From: Promethearchaeati archaeon
GTDB taxonomy: Archaea > Asgardarchaeota > Njordarchaeia > Njordarchaeales > Njordarchaeaceae
DNA: 39,052 bases
Reading direction: 5' to 3'
Assembly (NCBI GenBank): GCA_026993975.1
Contig: JALWRR010000186.1
Span: 1-39,052 of the forward strand
Part shown: positions 16,668 to 26,671 of the stretch, one piece after another
Numbering within the stretch: the stretch's first letter is position 1
Layout: every line of letters begins with the position of its first letter
Program-made: the position numbers and the translations under genes
The notes under the pieces: model-generated
Database searches by the model: none
The model's input: only the letters and a program-made list of their open reading frames with translations
What the model was told of the DNA's origin: nothing

Positions 16668-17564
16668 ATGTCAAGCGTTGTGTGTGAAGATGTGATAAAG
16701 ATTTATAAGAGTGGTGAGGTAACATCAATAGCTTTATCGAAACTATCCCTATACGTGAATGAGGGAGAGTTCAGAGTTATTGCCGGCCCCTCAGGAAGCG
16801 GTAAAACAACACTCCTAAACATGATTGGTGCAATAGATGTTCCAGACGCTGGGAGAGTTATTGTTGATGGTGAAGACATAACTAAGTATGATGAGGCTAA
16901 GAGAATCGAGTATAGGAGGAGGAAAGTTGGGTTTGTTTTCCAGTTCTTTAATCTCATACCCTACTTAACAGCTCTAGAGAACGTTGAATTCCCAATGATA
17001 GTGATTGGTAAGCCTAGAGAGGAGAGGAGGAAGAGAGCTCTAGAATTATTAAGGCTCGTCGGTTTGGAGAGCAAGAAAGATAATAAGCCAAACGAGTTAT
17101 CTGGAGGAGAACAACAGAGAGTATCGATAGCAGTTGCTTTAGCTAATGATCCCCCCTTAATTCTAGCTGATGAACCAACTGGAGAGCTTGATTTCGAGAC
17201 AAGTAGACAGATAGTTAGGTTGTTTAGGGATCTCCACAAAGAATTAAATAAAACAATCATTATGGTTACTCATGATTTCTCTCTAGCTATGTACGCTGAT
17301 AGAATAAGTATTCTTAGGGATGGTAGAGTTATCGAGACTTTATCTCCAGCAGAGAAGGATCTAGCTAGCTTATTATATGTGCCTAAGGAGGATGTCTGGG
17401 AATCATTGGAAGCTAGGAAAAAGAGTTTAGAGGAGGAATTAGAGAGATTGAAGAACGATTTCATTAATGGTAGATTATCCATGGATGAGCTTGTTGAGAG
17501 ATATCTAAAGATTAAGCGGGAGCTAGATAATATCGAGTCCAAGTTAAATAAAATGAAGATATAG
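16668..17564 (+). CDS. ABC transporter ATP-binding protein, MacB/LolD/FtsE-type, with a ~70-aa C-terminal coiled-coil extension
   Basis: It has Walker A GPSGSGKTT, signature LSGGEQQR, Walker B LILADEPTGELD and H-loop VTHD. The track start is GTG 16659; ATG 16668 follows AAGGTG. The tail EDVWESLEARKKSLEEELERLKNDF...KIKRELDNIESKLNKMKI is heptad-like. Confidence 0.9.
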   Translation: MSSVVCEDVIKIYKSGEVTSIALSKLSLYVNEGEFRVIAGPSGSGKTTLLNMIGAIDVPDAGRVIVDGEDITKYDEAKRIEYRRRKVGFVFQFFNLIPYLTALENVEFPMIVIGKPREERRKRALELLRLVGLESKKDNKPNELSGGEQQRVSIAVALANDPPLILADEPTGELDFETSRQIVRLFRDLHKELNKTIIMVTHDFSLAMYADRISILRDGRVIETLSPAEKDLASLLYVPKEDVWESLEARKKSLEEELERLKNDFINGRLSMDELVERYLKIKRELDNIESKLNKMKI

Positions 17565-17581
17565 GGGATTCAGGTGTAATT

Positions 17582-18466
17582 ATGGATAGAACCACGGGAC
17601 GAGCGCTTACATTAACAGCAGCATTTTTCTGGGGGACCAGTTTTGTAGTGATACGTTGGGGCTTGATTTATTTACCGGCAATGGAGTTCCTGTTCATGAG
17701 ATTTCTAGTTTCATCACTAGTAATTATTCTCCTAATAATTATTAACAGGGATCTAAACGGTTTTAAATCAGCTTTATTCTCGAGAGAAATAATGATCGCT
17801 GGGATACTGAATGCTCTAGGCTACACTTTCCAGTTTCTTGGTCAACAATACACGATAGCAACTAATGCATCAATACTGATTAATCTAAGCGCTGTTTTCG
17901 TAGCAATAATCGCTCACTTCTATTTGAGAGAGAAGCTTAATCATATAGGTATAGCTGGAATCATCATAGCTTTCATAGGGGTATTTTTCCTGATCACTAA
18001 GGGTAAACCAGTAAACATATTCTCAAGCCACTTTATAGGTGATGTTTTATGCTTGCTCTCTGGTTTAGTTTGGGCACTATACATTGTTAAATCAAAAGAA
18101 ATCACGGAGAGAGGTTTTAATGATGAACAACTCCTAGCTATATGGTTCATGTACGTAACGATATTCTCGACTCCCCTAATGCTTATACAGGGATTAGAAC
18201 CATTAACGATGGAGGGATGGATAGCAATAATCTACACTGCATTTCTCTGCACTATCTTGGGATTCCTTTTCTGGTATAAGGGTCTTAAGGCTCTGGAAGC
18301 AACAACATCATCCATATACTTCGTTATAGAAATAGCTATATCTGCGATTCTAGAGGCAATAATGTTTGGTTTAAATCTAAGTATACTGGAGGTTACTGGA
18401 GCAATCCTCGCTGTTGTAGGTGTATTCCTGACAGATTATAGCTTCAGCAACGTTAAGGTTAAGTAA
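17582..18466 (+). CDS. EamA/DMT-superfamily transporter
   Basis: It has ten predicted TMs in two repeats, with an N-terminus (ALTLTAAFFWGTSFVVIRWGL) typical of EamA domains. AGGTG lies upstream of the ATG. Confidence 0.8.
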   Translation: MDRTTGRALTLTAAFFWGTSFVVIRWGLIYLPAMEFLFMRFLVSSLVIILLIIINRDLNGFKSALFSREIMIAGILNALGYTFQFLGQQYTIATNASILINLSAVFVAIIAHFYLREKLNHIGIAGIIIAFIGVFFLITKGKPVNIFSSHFIGDVLCLLSGLVWALYIVKSKEITERGFNDEQLLAIWFMYVTIFSTPLMLIQGLEPLTMEGWIAIIYTAFLCTILGFLFWYKGLKALEATTSSIYFVIEIAISAILEAIMFGLNLSILEVTGAILAVVGVFLTDYSFSNVKVK

Positions 18467-18538
18467 TATACATAATACCTTAATATTAAAAAAATTTCAA
18501 TCAATCAATATACCATATTCTACCCAGGTGATTTATAA

Positions 18539-19243
18539 ATGGTGCTTGAGGGAATTAAAGCAGTAGCCACTGATATTGATGGTACAATCACTAATGAGCG
18601 TCGGGAACTCAACTTAAATGCGGTTAGAGCGATAAGGAAGCTTGAGAAGAAAGGTATAAATGTAATACTTGTATCAAGTCAATCATTCCTAATAGTTAGT
18701 GACTTAGCCATATATCTCGGAGCTAAGGGACCAGTTATTGGGGAAACTGGAGCAGTAGTAGGTTGGCCAAGAAGCCCTGTATTTATAGCTAGGTGGAGAT
18801 ATGACTCGCAGAAAATAACTAGAATAATGCTTTCGTTGGGATTTAGGGCATCATTCAGCAATCCATTCAGATTTTCTAATCTTGCTTTCTCTAGAACAGA
18901 GGAGGCTATAGCAACTGAGGAGGAGATATACAATAAGTTAAAGGAAGAGGGAATAGTTAACGTTGAGGTATATGACTCAGGATTTGGAGTACATATATTA
19001 CCTAAAGGAGTTAACAAGGGTAGTGGCTTATTGAGAGCTATAAAACTACTTAAGATTAATATAGATGAGGTAGTAGTTATTGGAGATGGTAGAAACGACC
19101 TACCAATGTTTAAAGTAGCTAAACATACTTATGCACCGGCCAATGCAGATCCATCAATTAAGGAGAATGCTAGTTATGTATCTGAGAAGAAGTATGGCGC
19201 TGCATTCGTTGAGCTCGCTAACATGCTCTTAGAGAAGAAATAA
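18539..19243 (+). CDS. HAD-superfamily phosphatase, Cof/IIB type (archaeal phosphoglycolate phosphatase-like)
   Basis: It has motif I ATDIDGTIT, motif II VSS, a lysine in LPKGVNKG, and motif IV GDGRNDLPMF. Confidence 0.75.
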   Translation: MVLEGIKAVATDIDGTITNERRELNLNAVRAIRKLEKKGINVILVSSQSFLIVSDLAIYLGAKGPVIGETGAVVGWPRSPVFIARWRYDSQKITRIMLSLGFRASFSNPFRFSNLAFSRTEEAIATEEEIYNKLKEEGIVNVEVYDSGFGVHILPKGVNKGSGLLRAIKLLKINIDEVVVIGDGRNDLPMFKVAKHTYAPANADPSIKENASYVSEKKYGAAFVELANMLLEKK

Positions 19244-19473
19244 TCTTGTTTTTCATGCATCAATTTATATCATTTTATTAACTTTAGTAGTGTTTTATAC
19301 GAGTTCTCTTAATCAATGGTGTTGATCTGCAAGGATATATAGCTAAATTTAAATACTCTGTATTACACATATATCTTTCGCCGCAATCAATTTGGTGCTA
19401 TTCTAGAGCACTATAGATGGCAATTAAATCTAGTTGATTGAAATACGCTTATAATACAATGTGGTGTAGAGTT

Positions 19474-19698
19474 ATGGAGCACGTCGTTAGCTACAGAAAG
19501 GGCAGTAGAAGAGGAGAATTATATAAATTAATACTTAATAATAGATGGATGCTGATAAGATGGAAGAGTGGTAAAGCCTATTTCATAGATTTATTAACTG
19601 GGGATAATGTACCCCAAGAATTAAGAAAGATATTGTTAAAAGCTGAGAAGGAAATATTTAAAGAAAAAATTGATGTAATGAGCAGAGAGAATAACTAG
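19474..19698 (+). CDS. Small hypothetical basic protein (74-86 aa)
   Basis: The track ORF is 19438..19698 (TTG start). ATG 19474 is preceded by GGTG. I see no family recognition, so coding status is uncertain. Confidence 0.35.
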   Translation: MEHVVSYRKGSRRGELYKLILNNRWMLIRWKSGKAYFIDLLTGDNVPQELRKILLKAEKEIFKEKIDVMSRENN

Positions 19699-19699
19699 T

Positions 19700-20440
19700 T
19701 TATCTCCTGACTCTTGGATTATAGAATAGGGATAAGTCAGTCTTAGAGAGCTTTATCTCCTTTTTCTTCTTAAGCATATCGACAATCTTCTTGAGTTTCT
19801 CCTTATTGTCATCATAAAACTTTAGTGTGGCTGCGAACAATATTAAGGATCTCCATAAGTCCTCATCACTTATATTCGTCTTAATCTCCCATTCCCCACC
19901 AATATCAAGTATCTTACCATCAACCTTCGCTATCTCCTTATCAGTGTATAAATCAGTCACCTTCCAATCGCTTCCAAGAGCAAGCCGCTTGCTCCTTATC
20001 AAAATTGGTTTAAGATTACCTTTATCACTTATGTAAGTCATTAAGTAAGTATCGGTTTCAGCGAATCTAGGTCTAAGTCTCTCAATCGTATAGATTATTT
20101 TTGTTCCGGGAAGCGTTATAACGAAGGCTGGTGAGGGATCCTCATTCACCATAGATAAAACAATAGCTCTTCCAATATTCTCATCTATAGCCCCCAAGTA
20201 ATCTATATCATTTGAGAATAAGCGTATTGCAAGCCTCTTCTCAATCAAGTCCTTAGAGTCCCATAGAGCTTTCCTATAAGCTACGTACCCGTAATCCTTC
20301 TTATCTATTTTCACTCTACCTATAATGTCCATGTCTTTTGTAAATCTCCTTGATTTCGACATTAACTCTTCTTTCTTCTTGATACCTATCTCAGCTAAAT
20401 GCATACTTGTTTTCCATAAATCTACTTTAATTTTTACCAT
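19700..20440 (-). CDS. Hypothetical protein; the C-terminal half weakly resembles the tubby-C-like / LURP-one-related (YxjI-type) fold
   Basis: GSDWKVTDLYTDKEIAKVDGKILDIGGEWEIKTNISDEDLWRSLILFAATLKF parallels the remembered C-terminal pattern of YxjI/LOR proteins (G.DW.V.gd...E.......g..yeI.i.d..d..l.l..vl.id). This is a by-eye call only. Confidence 0.5.
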   Translation of the reverse strand: MVKIKVDLWKTSMHLAEIGIKKKEELMSKSRRFTKDMDIIGRVKIDKKDYGYVAYRKALWDSKDLIEKRLAIRLFSNDIDYLGAIDENIGRAIVLSMVNEDPSPAFVITLPGTKIIYTIERLRPRFAETDTYLMTYISDKGNLKPILIRSKRLALGSDWKVTDLYTDKEIAKVDGKILDIGGEWEIKTNISDEDLWRSLILFAATLKFYDDNKEKLKKIVDMLKKKKEIKLSKTDLSLFYNPRVRR

Positions 20441-20568
20441 TTTAATATCCTCAATAAATATGATTTGGAAATAGTTAAATATGAAAAATGAACTAAAGAA
20501 GTATAAAAATCATTACGAAATATATAATCAAAAATTATGTAGGAAGGGATTTCTCTATAACCAATAGG

Positions 20569-21348
20569 GTGACAGCTTTGGCTTCGGAAGAAACGATGCT
20601 TAGGAAACTACAGGAAGCTGGATGGCCATCACCCATAGAGATCAAGTGCGTTAAATTCGATATAGATTCTGTCCTAGATAAGTTAGAGAAATCACACACT
20701 AAGAAAGCGTTTTATGCTGAGGTCGTTAGATGGCTTATTGAAAGCGAGGGGAAACCAACATTCAGAAAGGTTACTGGTATTGAGGATGATGATGCTGTTA
20801 GAAAAGCGCAGTTCGGTGACATTAGCAATAAGGAATCAATCAAAAGATTAATAGAGTACGTATCTAAAGCTGCTCCTGGTCAGATTATTAATTTCGCGAA
20901 AACAACACTAGAGCCGGAGATAGCTGAGTATCTTAAGTATTATGTAACTAAGACTGCACCTCCAGAAACCCTTATATGCGAGAAATTAAAGGGTATGGGT
21001 ATCTACACGATAGCTTACATTGAGGATACTTTTGATTATGGGCCTTTATGCAAAATAATAATTAATCCTCAGGGATTACTAAGAAGCCTTGTTGAGGAGC
21101 CATCAAGAACAGCAGAGTTCGCAACGGTAGCTAAATTAACTGAGTGGATAATCTCAAATACGAATGAGAACATAGTTTTCGTTGTTGATAATGAGGAATC
21201 CCCAAGCAAGGTAATCGTAGCTAGTATCTCTCCAGATCAGAAAGAAATCGCACTAGATTTATTAAGCAAGTTTCTAAATGATATCATGAATAAAGAGAAC
21301 ATAAATAAAAACATAGTTATAAATACGATGATTAAATACTTACTGTAA
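20569..21348 (+). CDS. Hypothetical protein, no recognisable family
   Basis: It is a 259-codon ORF from a GTG start; ATG 20596 is an alternative. It is divergent from the preceding gene. Confidence 0.5.
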   Translation: MTALASEETMLRKLQEAGWPSPIEIKCVKFDIDSVLDKLEKSHTKKAFYAEVVRWLIESEGKPTFRKVTGIEDDDAVRKAQFGDISNKESIKRLIEYVSKAAPGQIINFAKTTLEPEIAEYLKYYVTKTAPPETLICEKLKGMGIYTIAYIEDTFDYGPLCKIIINPQGLLRSLVEEPSRTAEFATVAKLTEWIISNTNENIVFVVDNEESPSKVIVASISPDQKEIALDLLSKFLNDIMNKENINKNIVINTMIKYLL

Positions 21349-21394
21349 GTTCTCTAAATAAAAAACATAAATAATGAGTTATTGGAGAAGTAGT

Positions 21395-22765
21395 TCATTT
21401 AGTTTTATGATAAAGCTTCCTAATATCCTCTGGAATATGCTGAATCAAACCATACTTGATCAATAAATTAATCATCTCCTGAGACCTATGAATAATATTC
21501 TTGGCTCTCTCATATTCTTCCTCCCAAGTAACCTTAATTCTAGCTACTCCCTGCTTAATTGATTGCATTGCAGCAGCTGCAGCTTCGTACGGAAATACTT
21601 CCCATTCATCCATGCGTGGAATAATATAGTCCTCGTGAATTCCTTTCTCCTCAGCGAACTTAGCTAATGCGTCCCCAGCAGCAATGCACATTTCATCAGT
21701 AACTGTCTTAGCCATAACATCCAATGCACCTCTAAATATCGCTGGGAAGCCTAAACTATTGTTCACTTGGTTCGGGAAATCACTTCTACCTGTAGCAACT
21801 ATCCTTGCACCTGCCTCCTTAGCTTCCCAAGGCCATATCTCAGGTATAGGATTAGCGCATGCGAAAACTATAGCGTCGTCATTCATCACTTTTATGTCAT
21901 CCTTCTTAATTACTCCTGGTCCAGGTTTACTCATCGCGATTAACACATCAGCACCTTTAAGAGCATCCCGTAACCCGCCTTTGATTCCTTCTGAATTAGT
22001 ATTCATTGCCCACCACTCCTTGTAAGTACCTTTTACATCTTCTCTATGAGGGCCTAGGACTCCGTGACTATCAACTATAACTATGTTTCCTGGTTTAGCT
22101 CCAGCGAGTAATAATACATCAGCTGTCTTCTTGTTTGCTGCTCCGAAACCGAAGAAAACTATTTTTGCTTCACTGAGCTTCTTTCCAACTAGTTTTAGAG
22201 CGTTCTTTAATCCTGCGTAAACAACTGTTGCTGTTCCCTGTTGATCATCATGCCATACGCATATATTTAATTCTTTTCTAGCTCTCTCTAAAACATCAAA
22301 GCACTTTGGCTTCTCAATATCCTCTAAATTAATTGCACCAAAGTTCGGTTCAATCCATTTTAGGAATTGAACCATTTCATCAGCTGTTCTAGCGCTCGTA
22401 ACCAATGGAAATGCGTCGACTCCACCAAGATACTTAAATAAAACAGCTTTACCCTCCATAACAGGTAATCCAGCTTCAGGACCAATGTTTCCAAGGCCTA
22501 GAACCCTGCTACCATCACTAACAACCGCTACATAATTCCATCTATTCGTGTATCTCCATACCTCTTCTTTATTATCATGAATCTTTCTACATGGCTCTGC
22601 TACACCAGGAGTATATATCCATGCGAAGTCATCATAGCTCTCTATAGCGCATTTCGGAAGAACCATTAATTTTCCTCTATAAAGATCATGCAATTTAAGC
22701 GCGATTTCCTTCCAAATCATGGCTTTTTTTAATAATTCTTCTTTAGTTACTTTTCCCTCAGACAT
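21395..22765 (-). CDS. NAD(P)-dependent malic enzyme (oxaloacetate-decarboxylating malate dehydrogenase)
   Basis: It has the motifs YTPGVAEPC and VAVVSDGSRVLGLGNIGPEAGLPVMEGKAVLFK, the dinucleotide fold IVFFGFGAAN, and NNSLGFPAIFRGALD. Confidence 0.9.
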   Translation of the reverse strand: MSEGKVTKEELLKKAMIWKEIALKLHDLYRGKLMVLPKCAIESYDDFAWIYTPGVAEPCRKIHDNKEEVWRYTNRWNYVAVVSDGSRVLGLGNIGPEAGLPVMEGKAVLFKYLGGVDAFPLVTSARTADEMVQFLKWIEPNFGAINLEDIEKPKCFDVLERARKELNICVWHDDQQGTATVVYAGLKNALKLVGKKLSEAKIVFFGFGAANKKTADVLLLAGAKPGNIVIVDSHGVLGPHREDVKGTYKEWWAMNTNSEGIKGGLRDALKGADVLIAMSKPGPGVIKKDDIKVMNDDAIVFACANPIPEIWPWEAKEAGARIVATGRSDFPNQVNNSLGFPAIFRGALDVMAKTVTDEMCIAAGDALAKFAEEKGIHEDYIIPRMDEWEVFPYEAAAAAMQSIKQGVARIKVTWEEEYERAKNIIHRSQEMINLLIKYGLIQHIPEDIRKLYHKTK

Positions 22766-22921
22766 TTATAAACGCCTATTAATGTCCTCAAAAATATATA
22801 TACAATGGAGAATTTTATACTAGTAGTGTCTATATTTTACTAACTGTATATGCTTGAAGAAACAGAATTGCTAAAAAATCTTTAAAATAGGAATGCTCCT
22901 TAATTAAAACGGTGCTCGTAA

Positions 22922-25012
22922 TTGCCCCATAACTATAGAGTAGGCATCGATATCGGTGGAACATTCACTGATTTAGTAATATTTAATACTAAAGAAGGAA
23001 GAATAAGCCTGGTTAAGAAAGTATTAACAACCCCAACTAACCCATCTAGAAGCGTTATTAAAGCGATTAGTGAGATAAGTAATAAAGTTCTAGAAGAATT
23101 AGAATTTATTATTCATGCCACAACAATAGCTACAAACGCTTTACTTGGTCAATTAGGATTAGAGCTACCTAAAACAGCTCTAATAACCACGAAGGGTTTC
23201 AGAGATGTTATTGAGATTGGGAGGCAGAGGAGGCCAGAACTCTATAATTTCTTTGTCCAGAGACCAAGCATTCTCATACCTAGGAGATATAGGTTCGAAA
23301 TAGATGAGAGACTAAGATTTGATGGAGAGGTAATAAAGCCTCTTAATCGAGATGAGTTATTACGGATTATTGAAGAGATTGCTAAAGAGGGGTTTGAGAG
23401 CGTAGCTATATCTCTTCTTCACTCTTACGCGAATCCTGTGCACGAGAAAATAATTGAGGAGGAGTTAAGGAAAGCTATCAAAGACATATTTATCTCAGCG
23501 AGCTATAGGGTTAATCCTGAGCATAGGGAGTTCGAGAGAACAAGCACTACAGTTGTTAACGCTGTATTGATGCCAATAGTTTCTCGCTACCTAAGGAATC
23601 TAGTAAGCAACTTAAGGAAACTTGTAAGAGCGGAGATATATATCATGCAGAGTAATGGGGGTATAGAATCAGTAAGTAGAGCTAGTGAATTACCAGTAAG
23701 CATAATTGAGAGTGGACCAGCAAGTGGTGTTATGGCAACGAAATATATTCTTGATAATCTCGGTTTTAAGAACGCGATGAGTTTCGATATGGGTGGAACA
23801 ACAGCTAAAGCTGGAACAATAATAAATGGATCACCATTAATAACAACAGAATACGAGGTTGGAGGTAAAGTTCATGTAGGTAGAGTAGTAAAGGGAAGTG
23901 GTTATCCCGTTAGATTTCCATTCATAGATCTAGCGGAAATATCTGCTGGAGGAGGCTCTATAATTTGGGTTGATGAGAGTGGAGCATTGAAGGTCGGGCC
24001 AATAAGTGCGGGTGCTGATCCAGGCCCAGCATGCTATGGTAAAGGGGGAGTGAGTCCAACAATTACGGATGCGCACTTAATATTAGGGAGGTTAAATGGA
24101 AGTTACTTGCTTGGTGGAGATCTAAGAGTTTATTTTAATCTAGCTGAGGAAGCTTTTAAAGAGAAAATAACCAAGATTAACGGCTTGGATCCCGTTGAAG
24201 CAGCTATAGGTGGTCTAAAAATCGCTAATTCACTCATGAGCAAGATAATGAGAATAGTTACTGTGGAGAGAGGAATAGATCCAAAAGATTTAGTTCTAGT
24301 AGCTTTTGGTGGAGCAGGCCCAATGCATGCTTGTAGCTTAGCTAGAGAGATAGGGATAAGGAAAATTATTATTCCAGAATCCCCAGGCCTCTTCTCTGCT
24401 ATAGGATTATTGGTAGTTGATTTTAAACACACTTTAATTAGATCCATTAGAAAAACGCTTGACGAGGTTTCTTTTGATGAGCTAAACAATATCTTTACTG
24501 AATTGGAGAATAGAGGAGTGAAACTCTTAATCTCAGAGGGAGTGAATAAAGGAGACATCATTATTAAAAGGTATTTTGACACTAGGTACTTGGGTCAAGG
24601 ATATGAACTCATTATAAGCGGAGATGGTTTAACGCATGGTAATTACCTTGATGAGATTAGAGAGAGGTTCCATTCCGCTCACAGAAATAGGTACGGGTAC
24701 GCGCTAATTGATGAACCAATAGAGATTGTGAATGCTAGGGTTGATGTTTTAGGGATGATTAGTAAACCCAAGTTAACAAGATTAAGGAAGCGTGAATACG
24801 CAAGCATAGAGCCTATCGAGCATAGAGAAGCCTACTTCGAGAGCACAGATGAATTCCAATTAGTTCCCATATACTCTAGAGATAAGTTATGGCCAGGATT
24901 CAAAGCTGATGGACCTCTTATAATAGAGCAGTATGACTCCACTATAATAGTTGAGGATGGATGGGGATTAGAGATAGATGATTACGGGAACATTATTTTA
25001 ACCAGCGTATAG
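22922..25012 (+). CDS. hyuA: Hydantoinase/oxoprolinase family protein, A (beta) subunit
   Basis: It has the N-terminal YRVGIDIGGTFTDLV, a second ASKHA phosphate motif SFDMGGTTAK, and AFGGAGPMHA. The start is TTG, preceded by GGTG. Confidence 0.85.
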   Translation: MPHNYRVGIDIGGTFTDLVIFNTKEGRISLVKKVLTTPTNPSRSVIKAISEISNKVLEELEFIIHATTIATNALLGQLGLELPKTALITTKGFRDVIEIGRQRRPELYNFFVQRPSILIPRRYRFEIDERLRFDGEVIKPLNRDELLRIIEEIAKEGFESVAISLLHSYANPVHEKIIEEELRKAIKDIFISASYRVNPEHREFERTSTTVVNAVLMPIVSRYLRNLVSNLRKLVRAEIYIMQSNGGIESVSRASELPVSIIESGPASGVMATKYILDNLGFKNAMSFDMGGTTAKAGTIINGSPLITTEYEVGGKVHVGRVVKGSGYPVRFPFIDLAEISAGGGSIIWVDESGALKVGPISAGADPGPACYGKGGVSPTITDAHLILGRLNGSYLLGGDLRVYFNLAEEAFKEKITKINGLDPVEAAIGGLKIANSLMSKIMRIVTVERGIDPKDLVLVAFGGAGPMHACSLAREIGIRKIIIPESPGLFSAIGLLVVDFKHTLIRSIRKTLDEVSFDELNNIFTELENRGVKLLISEGVNKGDIIIKRYFDTRYLGQGYELIISGDGLTHGNYLDEIRERFHSAHRNRYGYALIDEPIEIVNARVDVLGMISKPKLTRLRKREYASIEPIEHREAYFESTDEFQLVPIYSRDKLWPGFKADGPLIIEQYDSTIIVEDGWGLEIDDYGNIILTSV

Positions 25013-25021
25013 GTGATGTAG

Positions 25022-26671
25022 GTGAGTCAATACATAAGAATGGAGATTATTAAGGGAGCACTAGAGTATACTGCTGAGGAAATGGGGATTGCTTTAAGAA
25101 ACGCTGCTTATAGCGCTAATATCAAAGAGAGAATGGATCATAGCTGCGCGATATTTGATAAGTATGGAAGACTCATAGCTCAAGCCGAGCATATCCCAGT
25201 TCATCTCGGTGCAATGCCCTTAGCAGTTAGGAAAGTCATTAAAGAAATTGATTTTAATGAGGGCGACTACGTAATCTTTAATGATCCTTACTATGGTGGT
25301 ACGCATTTACCAGACATAACACTAATAACACCTTTCTTTTATCAGGGAGAATTAATCTGTTATCTAGCGAATAGAGCTCACCACAGTGATGTGGGAGGTA
25401 AGATTCCTGGCTCGATGCCTGGCGATGCAACAGAGATTTTTGAAGAAGGATTAATAATTCCCCCAGTTAAATTAATTAAAAATGGTGAGCTTGATCGTGA
25501 TGTCCTAAGATTATTAATGGCTAATTCTAGAACTCCGAAAATAAGGCGTGGAGATATAATGGCGCAGATAGCGTCAAATAACATTGGGTTAAGAAGACTT
25601 AAAGCGATTCTAGATAAGTTCGGTAAGGAGAATTTCCATGAGAGTGTGGAGGATCTACTTGATTATTCGGAGAATAGAATGAGGAAGATGATTCAGAGAT
25701 TTCCAAAGAAAACTATTTATGCTGAAGATTATCTAGATGATTCTGGTGTTAGTGATGAACCAGTAAAAATAGCCGTAGAAATAATTATTAGGAATGATGA
25801 GATTGTTTTTGATTTCTCTAAATCAGATAGAGAGGTAGATGGACCTGTAAATGCACCATACGCAGTAACCTTATCTGCTTCATATTTCGTTCTAAGATCT
25901 GTAACAGATCCTACTATACCAGCTAATGAGGGAGCTTATAGACCCTTGAAAGTAATAACTAGGAGGGGGACCGTTGTAGATGCTACATTCCCGCATGCTG
26001 TTTCAGGAGGAAACGTTGAGACTTCGCAAAGAATAGTTGATGTCCTTTTGAAAGGCTTTTCAGAGATAATTCCTAATAGAGTTCCAGCAGCCTGTCAGGG
26101 AACCATGAATAACATAGTTATAGGGGGTACTGATCCGAAAACGGGTAATCAATTCACTTTTTATGAAACTATTGGAGGGGGTTTCGGTGGGAGATATGGT
26201 TTAGATGGTATAGATGGTGTGCATTCGAACATGACTAATACTATGAATACTCCTGTTGAGGAGATAGAGAAGAGGTTCCCGATTATGATAATTAAGTATG
26301 AGTTAAGGAAGAATAGTGGTGGTTTAGGGGAATGGAGGGGTGGACTAGGCATAGAGAGGGTCTACAAGATATTAACAAAGGGGAAATTAAGTGTTCTTGG
26401 GGATAGACAGAAGTTTGCTCCATGGGGTTTGAGAGGAGGATTAGCTGGTGCTAAGGGCGAATACATATTGGTGCGGAATGGTAAAGAGATTAAGTTGAGG
26501 AGCAAGGAAACCATAACTGTTATGGAGGGAGATTTAATAATCATAAGAACACCTGGTGGTGGGGGATTCGGTGATCCTAGAAATAGAGATAAAAGCAGAA
26601 TAATTGAGGACATCAAGGATGAGAAGTATGATAAAGAGTACATAGAGAGATCTCTTGGAGCTCTAGACTAG
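25022..26671 (+). CDS. hyuB: Hydantoinase B/oxoprolinase family protein, B (alpha) subunit
   Basis: It has the Hydantoinase_B pattern (MEIIKGALEYTAEEM, DHSCAIFD, PVHLGAM, PDITLITP, ETIGGGFGG, TPGGGGFGDP). The start is GTG, preceded by AGGTGA, and lies 9 nt after the hyuA stop. Confidence 0.85.
   Translation: MSQYIRMEIIKGALEYTAEEMGIALRNAAYSANIKERMDHSCAIFDKYGRLIAQAEHIPVHLGAMPLAVRKVIKEIDFNEGDYVIFNDPYYGGTHLPDITLITPFFYQGELICYLANRAHHSDVGGKIPGSMPGDATEIFEEGLIIPPVKLIKNGELDRDVLRLLMANSRTPKIRRGDIMAQIASNNIGLRRLKAILDKFGKENFHESVEDLLDYSENRMRKMIQRFPKKTIYAEDYLDDSGVSDEPVKIAVEIIIRNDEIVFDFSKSDREVDGPVNAPYAVTLSASYFVLRSVTDPTIPANEGAYRPLKVITRRGTVVDATFPHAVSGGNVETSQRIVDVLLKGFSEIIPNRVPAACQGTMNNIVIGGTDPKTGNQFTFYETIGGGFGGRYGLDGIDGVHSNMTNTMNTPVEEIEKRFPIMIIKYELRKNSGGLGEWRGGLGIERVYKILTKGKLSVLGDRQKFAPWGLRGGLAGAKGEYILVRNGKEIKLRSKETITVMEGDLIIIRTPGGGGFGDPRNRDKSRIIEDIKDEKYDKEYIERSLGALD

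Noticed and set aside
16703-17542. Three consecutive minus-strand ORFs (84, 99 and 90 aa) opposite the MacB-type ATPase
   Set aside because: These are shadow ORFs rich in Ser/Leu, typical of the antisense of GAR-rich coding sequence. The plus-strand ABC motifs are unambiguous.
24130-24582. 150-aa minus-strand ORF within hyuA
   Set aside because: It is antisense to a gene with clear hydantoinase A motifs. I see no independent start context.
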